DNA of 64,000 nt. Source: an uncultured delta proteobacterium (GTDB lineage Bacteria; Desulfobacterota; RBG-13-43-22). A model generated the notes under the pieces. It did no database searches. It had not been told where the DNA came from and was given only the letters and a program-made list of their open reading frames with translations. The position numbers and the translations under genes were made by a program. The stretch spans positions 160,001-224,000 of the forward strand of contig CAWDKY010000053.1 of NCBI GenBank assembly GCA_963802945.1, read 5' to 3'. Every line of letters begins with the position of its first letter. The stretch's first letter is position 1. This document shows positions 32,676-43,342 of the stretch, piece after piece.

Positions 32676-34353
32676 ACAGCTGACAAAACTGATTCAAGAA
32701 GCGATTCATGAAATTCCAATGCCTTTTTCAGAGAATCGTTTTGATCTACCCATTGTTTTTACTGTTCCGAAAAACGAAACCTATGGGGACTATGCCACTA
32801 ATCTGGCCATGACCATGGCCAAGGCGATGAAACAATCTCCCATGAAGATCGCCGAAGCCTTGGCCGAACGCATTCCAACCGAACCTGATTGGCTGGAAAA
32901 AATTGAAGTGATCAAGCCGGGATTTATTAATTTCTTTCTTAAAGATAAAGCGCTTCAGGATAGACTTCCTCTGATCATCAATCAAAAGGAGGCCTTCGGC
33001 CAAAGCCAATGGGGAAAAGGGCAGAAAGTCCAGATCGAATTTGTCAGTGCCAATCCCACCGGTCCCTTACATATAGGCCATGGCCGGGGCGCCGCCCTTG
33101 GAGGGGCTTTGATCAATCTGTTGAAGGCCACTGGGCACGAGGTGTCTGCCGAATACTACCTCAATGATCTCGGCACCCAAATGGAAACTCTGGGGCGATC
33201 CATTCAGGCCCGATTCAAAGAACTGAAGGGTGGAGTCGGCCTTTTTCCGGAAAACGGCTATAAAGGGGAATATATCAAGGACATTGCTGCCGAGATACTT
33301 AAGAAAAATTCATCTAAAGCCGTTGATGAATCCGCCTTGGATGTATCTTATTTTTCTCAATATGGTCAACAGGCCATCTTAAAGGATATTCGCAAAGACC
33401 TGGAGACTTTTGGAATCCAATTTGATCATTGGTTCAGCGAAGAAAGCCTGGTTCGTGAAGGCCTGGTGGAAAACCTAATCCAATCCATGAAAGACAAGGG
33501 CCTTTTTTACCAAGCCGAAGGGGCCCTTTGGTTTAAGAGCAGCGCCTTCGGAGACGAGAAAGACCGGGTGGTGGTTCGGGCCAACGGGGCCTTGACTTAT
33601 TTTGCCTCGGATATGGCCTATCACCTTCAAAAATTCGATCGCGGTTTTCATCGATTGATCGACATTTGGGGGGCCGATCATCACGGTTATGTCCCGCGGT
33701 TGAAAGCCGCTCTTAAGAGTTTGGGACATGATCCAAAGGCCTTAACAGTTATCCTGGTCCAACTGGTCACCTTGATCCGGAAAGGCAAACCGGTGGCCAT
33801 GTCTACCAGGGCCGGTGAATTCATCACCTTAAGAGAAGTCCTGGATGAAGTGGGTAAGGACGCCGCCCGATATATCTTTCTGACCAGGCGGTCGGACAGT
33901 CCCTTGGATTTCGATTTGGATTTGGCTAAGAAACAGAGTAATGAAAATCCGGTTTATTATGTTCAATATGCCCATGCCCGGGCTTGCAGCCTTCTTGCCG
34001 TAGCCCAGTCCCAGGGTTTTACTATTGATAACCTGGATGTCAAGATGGTTCATCTATTGACTTTACCGGAAGAGAGGAGACTCTGCAAACATCTGACAGA
34101 ATATCCGGAAGAGGTCAACCAGGCGGCCATGAAGCTGGAACCTCACCGAATCCCATTTTACTTAGGGGAATTGGCCGCCCAATTTCATCACTATTACAAT
34201 CATCATCGGATCATTCAAGATAACCGGGAACTAAGCCAAGCCCGATTGATCCTCTCTCTGGCGATAAAAACGGTGATTAAAAATGCTTTACATATTTTGG
34301 GCGTCTCCGCCCCGCAAAAAATGATGAGGGAGTATGAAACCCAAACCCTATAA
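32668..34353 (+). CDS. argS: Arginine--tRNA ligase
   Basis: GDYATN, EFVSANPTGPLHIGHGR, WGADHHGY, MSTRAG, YVQYAHAR. Confidence 0.97.
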   Translation: MREQLTKLIQEAIHEIPMPFSENRFDLPIVFTVPKNETYGDYATNLAMTMAKAMKQSPMKIAEALAERIPTEPDWLEKIEVIKPGFINFFLKDKALQDRLPLIINQKEAFGQSQWGKGQKVQIEFVSANPTGPLHIGHGRGAALGGALINLLKATGHEVSAEYYLNDLGTQMETLGRSIQARFKELKGGVGLFPENGYKGEYIKDIAAEILKKNSSKAVDESALDVSYFSQYGQQAILKDIRKDLETFGIQFDHWFSEESLVREGLVENLIQSMKDKGLFYQAEGALWFKSSAFGDEKDRVVVRANGALTYFASDMAYHLQKFDRGFHRLIDIWGADHHGYVPRLKAALKSLGHDPKALTVILVQLVTLIRKGKPVAMSTRAGEFITLREVLDEVGKDAARYIFLTRRSDSPLDFDLDLAKKQSNENPVYYVQYAHARACSLLAVAQSQGFTIDNLDVKMVHLLTLPEERRLCKHLTEYPEEVNQAAMKLEPHRIPFYLGELAAQFHHYYNHHRIIQDNRELSQARLILSLAIKTVIKNALHILGVSAPQKMMREYETQTL

Positions 34354-35050
34354 TCGGAAAAAACAGTACTTTATCGAAATGAGTAGGTCGCAATTGTTTC
34401 TCAGTATTGCCGGTGCCCTCTTCGTTTTGTGTTGGATTTTTATCCTGGGAATCTTTGTTGGCCGCGGATATGTATCCGATACCATAACTCGGACTTTTAC
34501 CGATAAAATTCAAAAACTTCAAGAGGAGAAAAAGGCCCTGACGGATAAATATCTTGTCCAGGAGAAAAAAGCTGATATCCCCAAAGAAGAGATCCTTGAC
34601 CCAAAATTGGATTTTTATGACAAGCTATCCAAAAAGGAGCCAGACACCACCTTACAGACTGTCCCCAAGCCGACACCAAAACCCTCTCCTGTGGAGGAAA
34701 AAACCAATTTGTCCGGGAAACCCGATTCCCTGGAAACTAAAAAAGAAACCAAGGAAACCGCAACCGAAATAAAGGTCCCTAAAGTGTCCCCGGAAAATAC
34801 CAGCCAGAACGGTAGTTTTATGATTCAAATTGGATCATACCGGGAGGAGGCTACGGCCCAATCCAGTGTGAAACGCTTATCTGAAAAAGGGTACCAAGCC
34901 CATTTAAGGATGAAAGATATACCTCAAAAAGGAGGAAAATGGTTTCGAATTCAGATTGGTCCTTTTAAGACCAAACCCGAGGCCGAAAAAATGGTCAAAA
35001 AGTTAGAGCACGACGGTTTCCAAACTGTGGTGCTGGAAAATAATTTTTAA
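34334..35050 (+). CDS. SPOR domain cell-division protein (FtsN-like)
   Basis: Single TM (FILGIFVGRG), LDFYDKL, C-terminal IQIGSY...WFRIQIGPF; downstream of argS. Confidence 0.85.
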   Translation: MKPKPYNRKKQYFIEMSRSQLFLSIAGALFVLCWIFILGIFVGRGYVSDTITRTFTDKIQKLQEEKKALTDKYLVQEKKADIPKEEILDPKLDFYDKLSKKEPDTTLQTVPKPTPKPSPVEEKTNLSGKPDSLETKKETKETATEIKVPKVSPENTSQNGSFMIQIGSYREEATAQSSVKRLSEKGYQAHLRMKDIPQKGGKWFRIQIGPFKTKPEAEKMVKKLEHDGFQTVVLENNF

Positions 35051-35057
35051 TCAAAGC

Positions 35058-35424
35058 ATCCAGAATACGGGAGCCAGGAATCTATTTAGGTTCTTGCAAA
35101 TCTCTCAAATTTCGTCACACCGGCGAAAGCCGGTGTCCAGAACGCATTAAAAAGACTGGATTCCGGCTTTCGAGACTGTGTCGTAATAGCGGACAGCGCC
35201 ATCAAAGCCGTCATGCCGGCGAAAGCCGGCATCCAGAACTTAATGAAAATACTGGATTCCGTGTCGCGCTTCGCTTGCACGGAATGACAAAAATATAATT
35301 GCGACACAGTCTCTTCGCCGGAATGACGTCGTGGAACTTTTGCCAAAGGCTCTAATAATAAGAAACAACAAAAAATTAGGAGTAAAAATTTTCTGGATTC
35401 TGAATTATGACTTCTGGATTTTGA
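35058..35424. repeat. Nested repeat complex: family C arms > degenerate IR > REP pair > inserted MITE
   Basis: ATCCAGA ATACGGG AGCCAGG ... TTCTGGA TTCTGAA TTATGAC TTCTGGA outermost; REP GTCACACCGGCGAAAGCCGGTGTCCAG inside. Confidence 0.8.
35172..35313. mobile_element. 142-bp MITE with 16-bp terminal inverted repeats and TTC target duplication
   Basis: GAGACTGTGTCGTAAT / ATTGCGACACAGTCTC (15 of 16 match); TTC at 35169-35171 and 35314-35316; removal restores CTGGATTCCGGCTTTCGCCGGAATGAC. Confidence 0.85.
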
Positions 35425-35434
35425 AAGTAATACT

Positions 35435-35890
35435 ATGATCCGTAAAGCCACCATGAAGGATGTCAAGCCGATTCAAAAACTTTTGGAGCATTATGCCCAG
35501 AAGGGATTGCTCCTCCCTCGTTCCCTTAATGAATTATTCGGCTATCTAAGGGATTATTATGTTTTTATTCCTGATGGAGGGGAAGAACCGCACGGCGTCT
35601 GTGCCCTGCACCTATGTTGGGAAGATTTGGCCGAGATCAAATCCTTGGCCGTAAATGAGACCTATGCCCGGCAAGGGATCGGCACCCAGTTGGTGGAAGC
35701 CTGTCTGTCTGAGGCCATTACCTTAGGCCTTTACAAAATATTCGCCCTGACCTATCGGGTGGACTTTTTTAAAAAACTGGGTTTTAAAGAAGTGGATAAA
35801 AATCTTTTACCGCATAAAATTTGGTCCGATTGTTTGAATTGCGTCAAGTTTCCTGAGTGCGACGAATTAGCCGTAATGCTGGAAATATGA
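35435..35890 (+). CDS. GNAT N-acetyltransferase, short amino-acid N-acetyltransferase (ArgA-like)
   Basis: LLPRS, WEDLAEIKSLAV, GIGTQLV, LPHKIWSDCLNCVKFPECDE; linked to argJ. Confidence 0.85.
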   Translation: MIRKATMKDVKPIQKLLEHYAQKGLLLPRSLNELFGYLRDYYVFIPDGGEEPHGVCALHLCWEDLAEIKSLAVNETYARQGIGTQLVEACLSEAITLGLYKIFALTYRVDFFKKLGFKEVDKNLLPHKIWSDCLNCVKFPECDELAVMLEI

Positions 35891-35896
35891 TTACGA

Positions 35897-35950
35897 AAGG
35901 TAAAAGGTATTAGATTTAAGGTTTAAGATTTTCCCTGAACCTCGACCCTC
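35897..35950. repeat. Degenerate heptamer family B hairpin
   Basis: AAGGTAA AAGGTAT TAGATTT AAGGTTT AAG ... CCCTGAA CCTCGAC CCTC. Confidence 0.55.
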
Positions 35951-35967
35951 ACGAAAAGAAAGAAATT

Positions 35968-38487
35968 ATGTTCAGCAGCCTAATAAAAAAAGTAGTTGGA
36001 ACCAAAAACGATCGGGAACTGAATCGTATAGCCCCCATGGTAGATCGTATTAATGAGATGGAAAAGGCTATGGGCGCCTTAAGTGATGCCGAACTCCAAG
36101 CCAAGACCGCTCAGTTTAAAGAGCAACTGGGACAGGGGGCCTCTTTGGACGATATCCTTCCCGAGGCCTTTGCCGTGGTTCGGGAAGCCTCAATTAGAGT
36201 CTTGGGTTTGAGACCTTTTGATGTCCAGGTGATTGGAGGGATCGTCCTTCACGAAGGGACAATCGCTGAAATGAAGACCGGCGAAGGGAAAACCCTGGCC
36301 GCCACCATGCCGGTCTATCTGAATGCCTTGACCGGAGAAGGTGTTCATGTAGTTACGGTCAATGATTATCTGGCCAAACGTGACAGTGAATGGATGGGAG
36401 GGATTTATCGGTTCTTAGGGCTGCCCGTTGGCGTCATTCTCCATGACCTGGATAAGGAGGAACGCCGGACGGCCTACGGGTCGGATGTGACCTATGGGAC
36501 CAATAATGAATTCGGGTTCGACTACCTCAGGGATAACATGGAGTTCTCACTTTCCAATTACGTGCAACGCCAATTTAATTATGCCATCGTGGATGAAGTG
36601 GACAGTATCCTGATCGATGAGGCCCGCACCCCGCTGATTATCTCCGGACCAGCGGAAAAATCCACCCGTATGTATCATGACATCAACCAGATCATCCCCC
36701 GCTTGAACAAAGACAAGGATTATACCATTGAAGAAAAAACCCGGACCGTGGCTTTAAGCGAGGTCGGGATTGCCCATGCCGAAAAATTATTAAAGGTGGA
36801 CAACCTGTATGATCCACGCCATATGTTGATGGTCCATCATATCAATCAGGCCCTCAAGGCCCATACTCTATTTAAAAGGGATGTGGACTATATCGTCAAG
36901 GAAGGCGAGGTTATCATCGTTGATGAATTCACCGGCCGACTCATGCCGGGACGGCGGTATAGTGAAGGTCTCCATCAGGCCCTGGAGGCCAAAGAAAATG
37001 TAAAAGTGGAAAGTGAAAACCAGACCCTGGCCACCATCACCTTCCAGAATTATTTCCGTATGTATAAAAAATTAAGCGGGATGACCGGAACAGCCGATAC
37101 CGAAGCCCCGGAATTTAAAAAAATCTACAAGCTGGATGTGATGGTCATCCCCACGCATAAGAAAATGATCCGGGAGGATTATCCGGATGTTATTTATCGC
37201 AACGAAGCGGAAAAATTTCAGGCCATCATAGAAGAAATCAAACGGCTGCATACCAAAGGTCAGCCGGTCCTGGTTGGAACGATCTCCATTGACAAATCGG
37301 AACAACTGGCCAAAGTGCTATCCAGAGAAGGGATCAAACACTCGGTCCTGAATGCCAAAAACCATCGATTGGAAGCGGAAATCGTGGCCTCGGCCGGGCA
37401 AAAAGAGGTGGTCACCATCTCCACTAATATGGCCGGACGGGGAACTGATATTGTCCTTGGGGATGGGGTGACCGCATTAGGAGGACTGCATATCCTAGGT
37501 ACGGAACGGCATGAATCCCGACGAATCGACAACCAGCTTCGGGGCCGTTCCGGACGGCAGGGAGACCAGGGCAGTTCTCGTTTTTATCTGTCTCTTGAGG
37601 ACGACCTTCTACGGATTTTCGGATCGGACCGTATATCCGGTCTGATGGGCAAGATGGGCATGGAAGAAGGGGAACCCATCGAACACTCTCTGATTTCCAA
37701 GGCCATCGAAAACGCCCAACGCCGAGTGGAAGGCAACAATTTTGAAATCAGGAAGCACCTCATCGAGTATGATGATGTCATGAATCAGCAACGAGAGGTG
37801 ATATATGGTCAAAGACGCAAAATCCTGGAAGGCCAGGAATTGAGGGAACTGGTAAAGGAAATGACCGAAGATTTGCTGGACGAAATTGTCGGCCTGTTTG
37901 TCAATGATAAAATTCCGGCTGAAGAATGGGACCTCAAATCCCTGAGCGACAAACTCTTTCAACAGTTTTCCAGCAGGGTTTCTTTGAATGGGAACCAGTC
38001 CCTGACCGACCCGGAGGAATTGAAGGAAAAGGTCCAGGAACAGATATGGACGACCTATCTTAAAAAAGTGGAAACCATCGGCCAGGAAGTCATGGACTCA
38101 TTGGAACAAATGGTCATGCTGGAGACAATTGATACCACCTGGAAAGATCACCTGCTCAGTATGGATCATCTAAAAGAAGGGATCGGCTTGCGGGGATATG
38201 GTCAGCGCGATCCTCTGCGGGAATATCAGCGGGAAGGCTATGAGATGTTTGTGGATATGGTTGACAGGATCAAAGAACAGACCATTGCCAATCTTTTTCG
38301 TCTCCAGTTGGCTAAAGAAGAGGACCTTCAACCCCTGATTGAACCCCAGGAAAGGCAGATGTTCTTCAGTCATAGTGAAGAGGAAACTTCAGCCCCGAAA
38401 AGAAGAGAAGGAAAGAAGGTAGGAAGAAATGACCCCTGTCCGTGTGGAAGCGGTAAAAAATACAAAAGGTGCTGCGGCCAGAAATAA
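35968..38487 (+). CDS. secA: Preprotein translocase ATPase SecA
   Basis: [61 protein letters not shown]. Confidence 0.99.
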   Translation: MFSSLIKKVVGTKNDRELNRIAPMVDRINEMEKAMGALSDAELQAKTAQFKEQLGQGASLDDILPEAFAVVREASIRVLGLRPFDVQVIGGIVLHEGTIAEMKTGEGKTLAATMPVYLNALTGEGVHVVTVNDYLAKRDSEWMGGIYRFLGLPVGVILHDLDKEERRTAYGSDVTYGTNNEFGFDYLRDNMEFSLSNYVQRQFNYAIVDEVDSILIDEARTPLIISGPAEKSTRMYHDINQIIPRLNKDKDYTIEEKTRTVALSEVGIAHAEKLLKVDNLYDPRHMLMVHHINQALKAHTLFKRDVDYIVKEGEVIIVDEFTGRLMPGRRYSEGLHQALEAKENVKVESENQTLATITFQNYFRMYKKLSGMTGTADTEAPEFKKIYKLDVMVIPTHKKMIREDYPDVIYRNEAEKFQAIIEEIKRLHTKGQPVLVGTISIDKSEQLAKVLSREGIKHSVLNAKNHRLEAEIVASAGQKEVVTISTNMAGRGTDIVLGDGVTALGGLHILGTERHESRRIDNQLRGRSGRQGDQGSSRFYLSLEDDLLRIFGSDRISGLMGKMGMEEGEPIEHSLISKAIENAQRRVEGNNFEIRKHLIEYDDVMNQQREVIYGQRRKILEGQELRELVKEMTEDLLDEIVGLFVNDKIPAEEWDLKSLSDKLFQQFSSRVSLNGNQSLTDPEELKEKVQEQIWTTYLKKVETIGQEVMDSLEQMVMLETIDTTWKDHLLSMDHLKEGIGLRGYGQRDPLREYQREGYEMFVDMVDRIKEQTIANLFRLQLAKEEDLQPLIEPQERQMFFSHSEEETSAPKRREGKKVGRNDPCPCGSGKKYKRCCGQK

Positions 38488-39679
38488 GCAGTTTCACCTG
38501 CCGGGTTTTTTGGCCTCAGCCCAATCCGCTGAAGTTCAAAAGGGAATTACTCGTCCGGATTTGGGTCTGATTTTTTCCGAAGTTCCGGCCGTGGCCGCGG
38601 GTGTCTTCACCCGTAGCCTGGTCAAGGCGGCACCGGTTCAGATTAACCTCGAACGAATCATTAAACAAAAAGGGCGGGCCATCCTGGTCAACAGTGGCAA
38701 TGCCAACGCCTGCACCGGACCGGGTGGTCTTAAAGATGCCCGACGGTTGTCCAGGCAGGTCTCTCAGGCCCTGTCCATTCCCGATTCTCAGGTCTTCCTG
38801 GCTTCCACCGGGGTGATCGGAAAAAGACTGCCGATGACCCGGATGACCAAGGCCGTTCCTTCTTTGATTCAATCTTTGTCTCCCCACGGACTGCCGAAAG
38901 TTTCCGAAGCCATCATGACCACGGATACCTTTCCCAAACTCATCTCCGAAGAAGCATCCATAGGGAAGAAAAAAGTTCATTTGGTGGGAATGGCCAAGGG
39001 GGCCGGCATGATGCACCCCGATATGGCCACTATGCTCTGTTTTGTATTGACCGATCTGGCCGTCTCCCCTGCCCTTCTAAGTCGCTTTTTAAGAAAAGCA
39101 GTCGATCAGTCCTTTCACCGGATCACCGTGGATGGGGACACCAGCACCAATGACACGGTCCTGGTTATGGCTAACGGTCTGGCAGGAAACCCTGTTTTGG
39201 ATGATCTCCAAACACCTGGAGCCCGAATTTTTTCCAGGGCCTTGGATCAACTCCTTTTGAAACTGGCCCGGATGATCGTTCAGGACGGCGAAGGAGCCAC
39301 CAAAGAAGTGAGCATCCGGATCGAAGGCGCCCGTACAAAGGAAGAGGCACGAACTTTGGCCATGACTGTGGCCCTTTCTCCTTTGGTTAAAACAGCCCTT
39401 TTCGGTCAGGACGCCAATTGGGGAAGAATCCTGGCTGCCCTGGGCAGATCAGGCATTCCCTTTGACCCGGATCAGGTGGATATCTATTTTGACCGAATTC
39501 AATTAGTCAAAAATGGGATCAGCAAAGGGCCCAAGGAAGAAATTCAGGCCGGCTTGGTCTTAAAGAAACCATCTCTGACCATCCGGATCGACCTGCATCA
39601 AGGATCGGCTAAAACCCAGGTCTATACCTGCGACCTTTCTCTGGATTATGTCCGCATCAATGCCGACTATCGAACCTAA
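38429..39679 (+). CDS. argJ: Bifunctional ornithine acetyltransferase / N-acetylglutamate synthase (start uncertain, overlaps secA)
   Basis: [61 protein letters not shown]. Confidence 0.94.
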   Translation: MTPVRVEAVKNTKGAAARNKQFHLPGFLASAQSAEVQKGITRPDLGLIFSEVPAVAAGVFTRSLVKAAPVQINLERIIKQKGRAILVNSGNANACTGPGGLKDARRLSRQVSQALSIPDSQVFLASTGVIGKRLPMTRMTKAVPSLIQSLSPHGLPKVSEAIMTTDTFPKLISEEASIGKKKVHLVGMAKGAGMMHPDMATMLCFVLTDLAVSPALLSRFLRKAVDQSFHRITVDGDTSTNDTVLVMANGLAGNPVLDDLQTPGARIFSRALDQLLLKLARMIVQDGEGATKEVSIRIEGARTKEEARTLAMTVALSPLVKTALFGQDANWGRILAALGRSGIPFDPDQVDIYFDRIQLVKNGISKGPKEEIQAGLVLKKPSLTIRIDLHQGSAKTQVYTCDLSLDYVRINADYRT

Positions 39680-39683
39680 GTAT

Positions 39684-39972
39684 GTTACGGGTTGCGGATG
39701 CGGGTTACGAGGTATGATTTTGAAGTCGGTGTAGTGTCTCAATAACTGGCTTACAATAGTCCTGAGCCGTCATTCCTGTCCCGCATCAAGTGCGGGATAA
39801 ACTCCAGCAGAAATCCAGGTTAAAAATACTGGATTCCGGATCAAGTCTGGAATGACAATCTTGTAAAACGAATACCGTTACAGTACATTAGTTGATGAGA
39901 ATGAATTTGGCTTATAGTTATGTCTAAATTCTATAAGATAAAAACTCGTAACCCACATCTCGTAACTCGCAA
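39684..39972. repeat. Heptamer family G arms enclosing a REP-containing MITE (39732-39891)
   Basis: GTTACGG GTTGCGG ATGCGG GTTACGA ... ACTCGTA ACCCACA TCTCGTA ACTCGCA. Confidence 0.82.
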
Positions 39973-39981
39973 TTCTTTCTA

Positions 39982-41697
39982 ATGACCATCAAAAAACTCC
40001 AAAAAATCATTCGTGCCGCCCGGGGAGAAATCCCCGCCGACTTAGTTCTTAAGGGTGGAAAGGTGGTCAATGTTTTTTCCTGTGGAATCCAAGAAACCGA
40101 TGTGGCGGTGTGCGAAGATCAAATCGTGGGACTCGGTTCTTATCAAGGCCGGGAAACCTTGGATTGTCGTCATCGCTTCATTTGCCCAGGATTCATCGAC
40201 GGACATTTCCATATCGAAAGCACCTGGCTTACACCGGCCAACCTGTCTCCAGTGCTTCTACCCCTTGGGACAACGACCCTGATTGCCGACCCTCATGAAA
40301 TAGCCAATGTTCAGGGCTTGACCGGCATTGAGTTTATGCTGAACAACAGCGCCAAACTCCCTTTGGAAATATATTTCATGGCCCCATCCTGTGTCCCGCC
40401 CAGCCATCTGGAAACCTCGGGAGCAATCTTGACCGAAAAAGATTTACGGCCTCTTCTCCGAAATCCCAGGGTTCTGGGTCTGGCCGAGATGATGAATTTT
40501 CCCGGAGTTCTTTTGAAGGATCAGGAGGTGCTGAAAAAAATTACCGCCTTCCAACATAAAATCAAAGACGGCCACGCCCCTCTTTTAACGGGGAAAGAGC
40601 TTTGCGCCTATGTCAGTGCCGGGATCAGATCCGACCACGAATCGACTGGGTTATCTGAGGCCCGGGAAAAACTGGCCCTCGGTATGGTCGTCATGATCCG
40701 TCAAGGAACCCAGGCCAAGAATTTAAAAGAGCTTCTGCCCATAGTTAACTTTAGCAACGCCCGTCGCTGTTTATTGGTCAGCGACGATCGACACCCCGAA
40801 GACCTTCTCAAAGAAGGACACATTAATTTTATCCTCAAACAAGCCGTTCAATGGGGCTTAGATCCCATCCTGGCCATACAAATGGTTACCCTGAACACGG
40901 CCGAGTATTTCGGCCTTCGCCATTTAGGGGCCGTTGCCCCTGGGTATCAGGCGGATATGGTAGTCTTAAAATCGCTCACTGGCCTGGAGATCGAGGCGGT
41001 CTTTAAAAAAGGGAAAAAGGTGGCCGCCAGCGGCCGGCTTTTGGAAGAGATTCCGCAATCCGAAGGTTTCAACAATTATATGGGAATGAAAATAAAAAAT
41101 CTTTCTTTGGAAAGATTTCAAATCCCCGTCCGCGGGCCAAGGGCCAAAGTCATCGAATTGGTTCCTAATCAGATCCTGACTCGACAATTTCTTCATAAAG
41201 CCCAAGAAAAAGACGGCCTGTTGATCCTCAGGGCTGAGGAAGATATCGTCATCCTGGGTTGCGTGGAAAGGCATATAGGGACAGGCAACGTGGGCTTGGG
41301 GCTGGTTAAAGGTTTTGGACTTTCCTGGGGGGCCATGGCTTCTTCGGTGGCCCATGATTCTCATAACATTGTGGTCATCGGACGTGAACCGGAAGATATG
41401 TTCTTGGCTGTCAAAACGATTGAAGCCATGAAGGGCGGACTGGAGATCGTGGTTCAGAGAAAAGTGGCGGCCAAACTTCCTTTGCCTATTGCCGGGCTGA
41501 TGTCCGATCAATCCATCGAGAAGGTCATTAGCCACCAAGAAAAACTGATCCAGGCTGTACCGCTAACCGGCTGCACCCTAAAAAATCCCTTAATGGCCCT
41601 TTCCTTCCTGGCCTTGCCGGTAATACCGGAATTAAAAATCACCGACCAAGGACTGGTAGATGTGAACCGTTTTGAAATTGTGCCTTTATTTGACTAA
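39982..41697 (+). CDS. ade: Adenine deaminase
   Basis: PGFIDGHFHIES, DPHEIANV, LAEMMNFPGV, DGHAP, SDHE, AHDSHN, LPVIPELKITD. Confidence 0.94.
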   Translation: MTIKKLQKIIRAARGEIPADLVLKGGKVVNVFSCGIQETDVAVCEDQIVGLGSYQGRETLDCRHRFICPGFIDGHFHIESTWLTPANLSPVLLPLGTTTLIADPHEIANVQGLTGIEFMLNNSAKLPLEIYFMAPSCVPPSHLETSGAILTEKDLRPLLRNPRVLGLAEMMNFPGVLLKDQEVLKKITAFQHKIKDGHAPLLTGKELCAYVSAGIRSDHESTGLSEAREKLALGMVVMIRQGTQAKNLKELLPIVNFSNARRCLLVSDDRHPEDLLKEGHINFILKQAVQWGLDPILAIQMVTLNTAEYFGLRHLGAVAPGYQADMVVLKSLTGLEIEAVFKKGKKVAASGRLLEEIPQSEGFNNYMGMKIKNLSLERFQIPVRGPRAKVIELVPNQILTRQFLHKAQEKDGLLILRAEEDIVILGCVERHIGTGNVGLGLVKGFGLSWGAMASSVAHDSHNIVVIGREPEDMFLAVKTIEAMKGGLEIVVQRKVAAKLPLPIAGLMSDQSIEKVISHQEKLIQAVPLTGCTLKNPLMALSFLALPVIPELKITDQGLVDVNRFEIVPLFD

Positions 41698-41746
41698 TAG
41701 GAGAGAAAAAGGCATTTAAAAAATCTTTACATCCAATTAAAAAAAT

Positions 41747-43342
41747 ATGAATTTATCAATGTCAACGGAGGTGATCAAACAGGAAGCCGTAATCCAGGCC
41801 ATGCTGGACCCGGAAACTTATCCGCAACCTCCCAAAAAGATCACCCACCTCCAGACCCATATCTCCCATATCTTTTTAACCGGCGGTCTGGTTTATAAGA
41901 TCAAAAAGCCGGTCGATTTCGATTTCCTGGATTTCTCCACCTTGGCCAAGAGACGCTATTTCTGCCATCAGGAGGTAAAGCTGAACCGCCGTCTGACCCA
42001 AAATATTTATTTGGGAGTGGTCAAAATAACTTCTGAAAAAGGAAGACTGGTTGTCAACGGAAAAGGACCGATTATGGAATATGCGGTCCTGATGAAAGAG
42101 ATGCCCCAGGAACGGATGATGAACCGGTTGCTGGCTGAAGGAAAAGTCAGGGAAAAAGACATTCGGGAACTGGTTGGCAAATTGGTCCCCTTTTACCAAC
42201 AGGCTCGGACCGGAAAAGGGATCAACCCTTTCGGACGTATCGAGATCATGATCAAAAATACCGAAGAAAACTTTGCCCAGACTCAATCTTACATTGGCCG
42301 ATTGATTCCAGCCCGGACTTATTCCCCGATGGTCAAAGGCACCCGGGATTTTTTAGAAAAAGCGAGAGAGCTTTTCAAAAAACGGATTCGTGAGGGTTAT
42401 ATCAGGGACTGCCACGGCGACCTTCATTCCGCCAATATCTGTTTGGATAAAAAGCCCCTGATTTATGATTGCATTGAATTCAATCACCGCTTTAGATACA
42501 CCGATGTGGCCTGTGATCTGGCCTTCCTGGCTATGGATCTGGATTTCCATGGCCGCCCGGAACTCTCCAGGCTTTTGGAAAGGGAATATGTGCATCGTTC
42601 CGGGGACGATGATCTTCCTCGGCTGTTTAATTTTTACAAGGGTTATCGGGCTTATGTGAGGGCCAAGGTTCACTCCTTTACCTCCGAGAATCCGGAAATA
42701 TCTAATAAAGAAAAAAAAGTTGAAAGCCGATTGGCCAAAAGGTATTATCAATTGGCATATGAATACATTCAAAAAGACAGGACTCCTCAGATCGTGGTGG
42801 TCTTTGGACTGATGGGTACCGGCAAGACCTCTCTGGCTAAGGCGCTGGCCGCACAAACAGGCTGGCCGATGATCAGCTCGGATGAAATAAGAAAAAACTT
42901 GCAAGGGATTTCTCCGATGACCAGGAAGTGGGAACCTTTTGAAAAAGGCCTGTACTCGGAAGAAATATCCCGAAAAACCTATCGGAAGATGCGGGATGAG
43001 GCCCGGAAATGGCTTAACCAAGGTCAATCGGTTATTTTGGATGGATCATACAAACGGCAATCAGAGCGTCTGGCTCTAATGGAACTGGCTAAAAAAACCG
43101 AGGCCCGGATCCGTTTTATCGAATGCCTGGCTTCGTTGAAAACCATACGACAACGCTTGGACCAACGAGAAAAGGAAACCAGATCCATATCCGACGGCCG
43201 TTGGGAAATATTTCATCGGCAACGCAAGGATTTTGATCCCGTCATGGATCCGGTTAAATCGAAATGGGTAGGTGTTAGAACCACGAAGTCTGTCGAACAA
43301 ATCACCCAAAATATTCTCAGGGACATCCAAGCCGATGCCTAA
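41747..43342 (+). CDS. APH-like kinase fold fused to AAA_33 P-loop kinase (Rv2004c-like)
   Basis: QTHISHIFL, YKIKKPV, DCHGDLH, DCIEFN; GLMGTGKT, SSDEIRK, GLYS. Confidence 0.85.
   Translation: MNLSMSTEVIKQEAVIQAMLDPETYPQPPKKITHLQTHISHIFLTGGLVYKIKKPVDFDFLDFSTLAKRRYFCHQEVKLNRRLTQNIYLGVVKITSEKGRLVVNGKGPIMEYAVLMKEMPQERMMNRLLAEGKVREKDIRELVGKLVPFYQQARTGKGINPFGRIEIMIKNTEENFAQTQSYIGRLIPARTYSPMVKGTRDFLEKARELFKKRIREGYIRDCHGDLHSANICLDKKPLIYDCIEFNHRFRYTDVACDLAFLAMDLDFHGRPELSRLLEREYVHRSGDDDLPRLFNFYKGYRAYVRAKVHSFTSENPEISNKEKKVESRLAKRYYQLAYEYIQKDRTPQIVVVFGLMGTGKTSLAKALAAQTGWPMISSDEIRKNLQGISPMTRKWEPFEKGLYSEEISRKTYRKMRDEARKWLNQGQSVILDGSYKRQSERLALMELAKKTEARIRFIECLASLKTIRQRLDQREKETRSISDGRWEIFHRQRKDFDPVMDPVKSKWVGVRTTKSVEQITQNILRDIQADA

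Noticed and set aside
35086-35466. 126-aa minus-strand ORF, and similar ORFs at 6904-7131, 17016-17198 and 29830-30054
   Set aside because: Translations of REP and periodic repeats (WMPAFAGMT-type peptides), not credible genes
41747-43342. Aminoglycoside resistance kinase
   Set aside because: Widespread APH-fold/AAA_33 fusion in a housekeeping context; nothing in the sequence supports a resistance role
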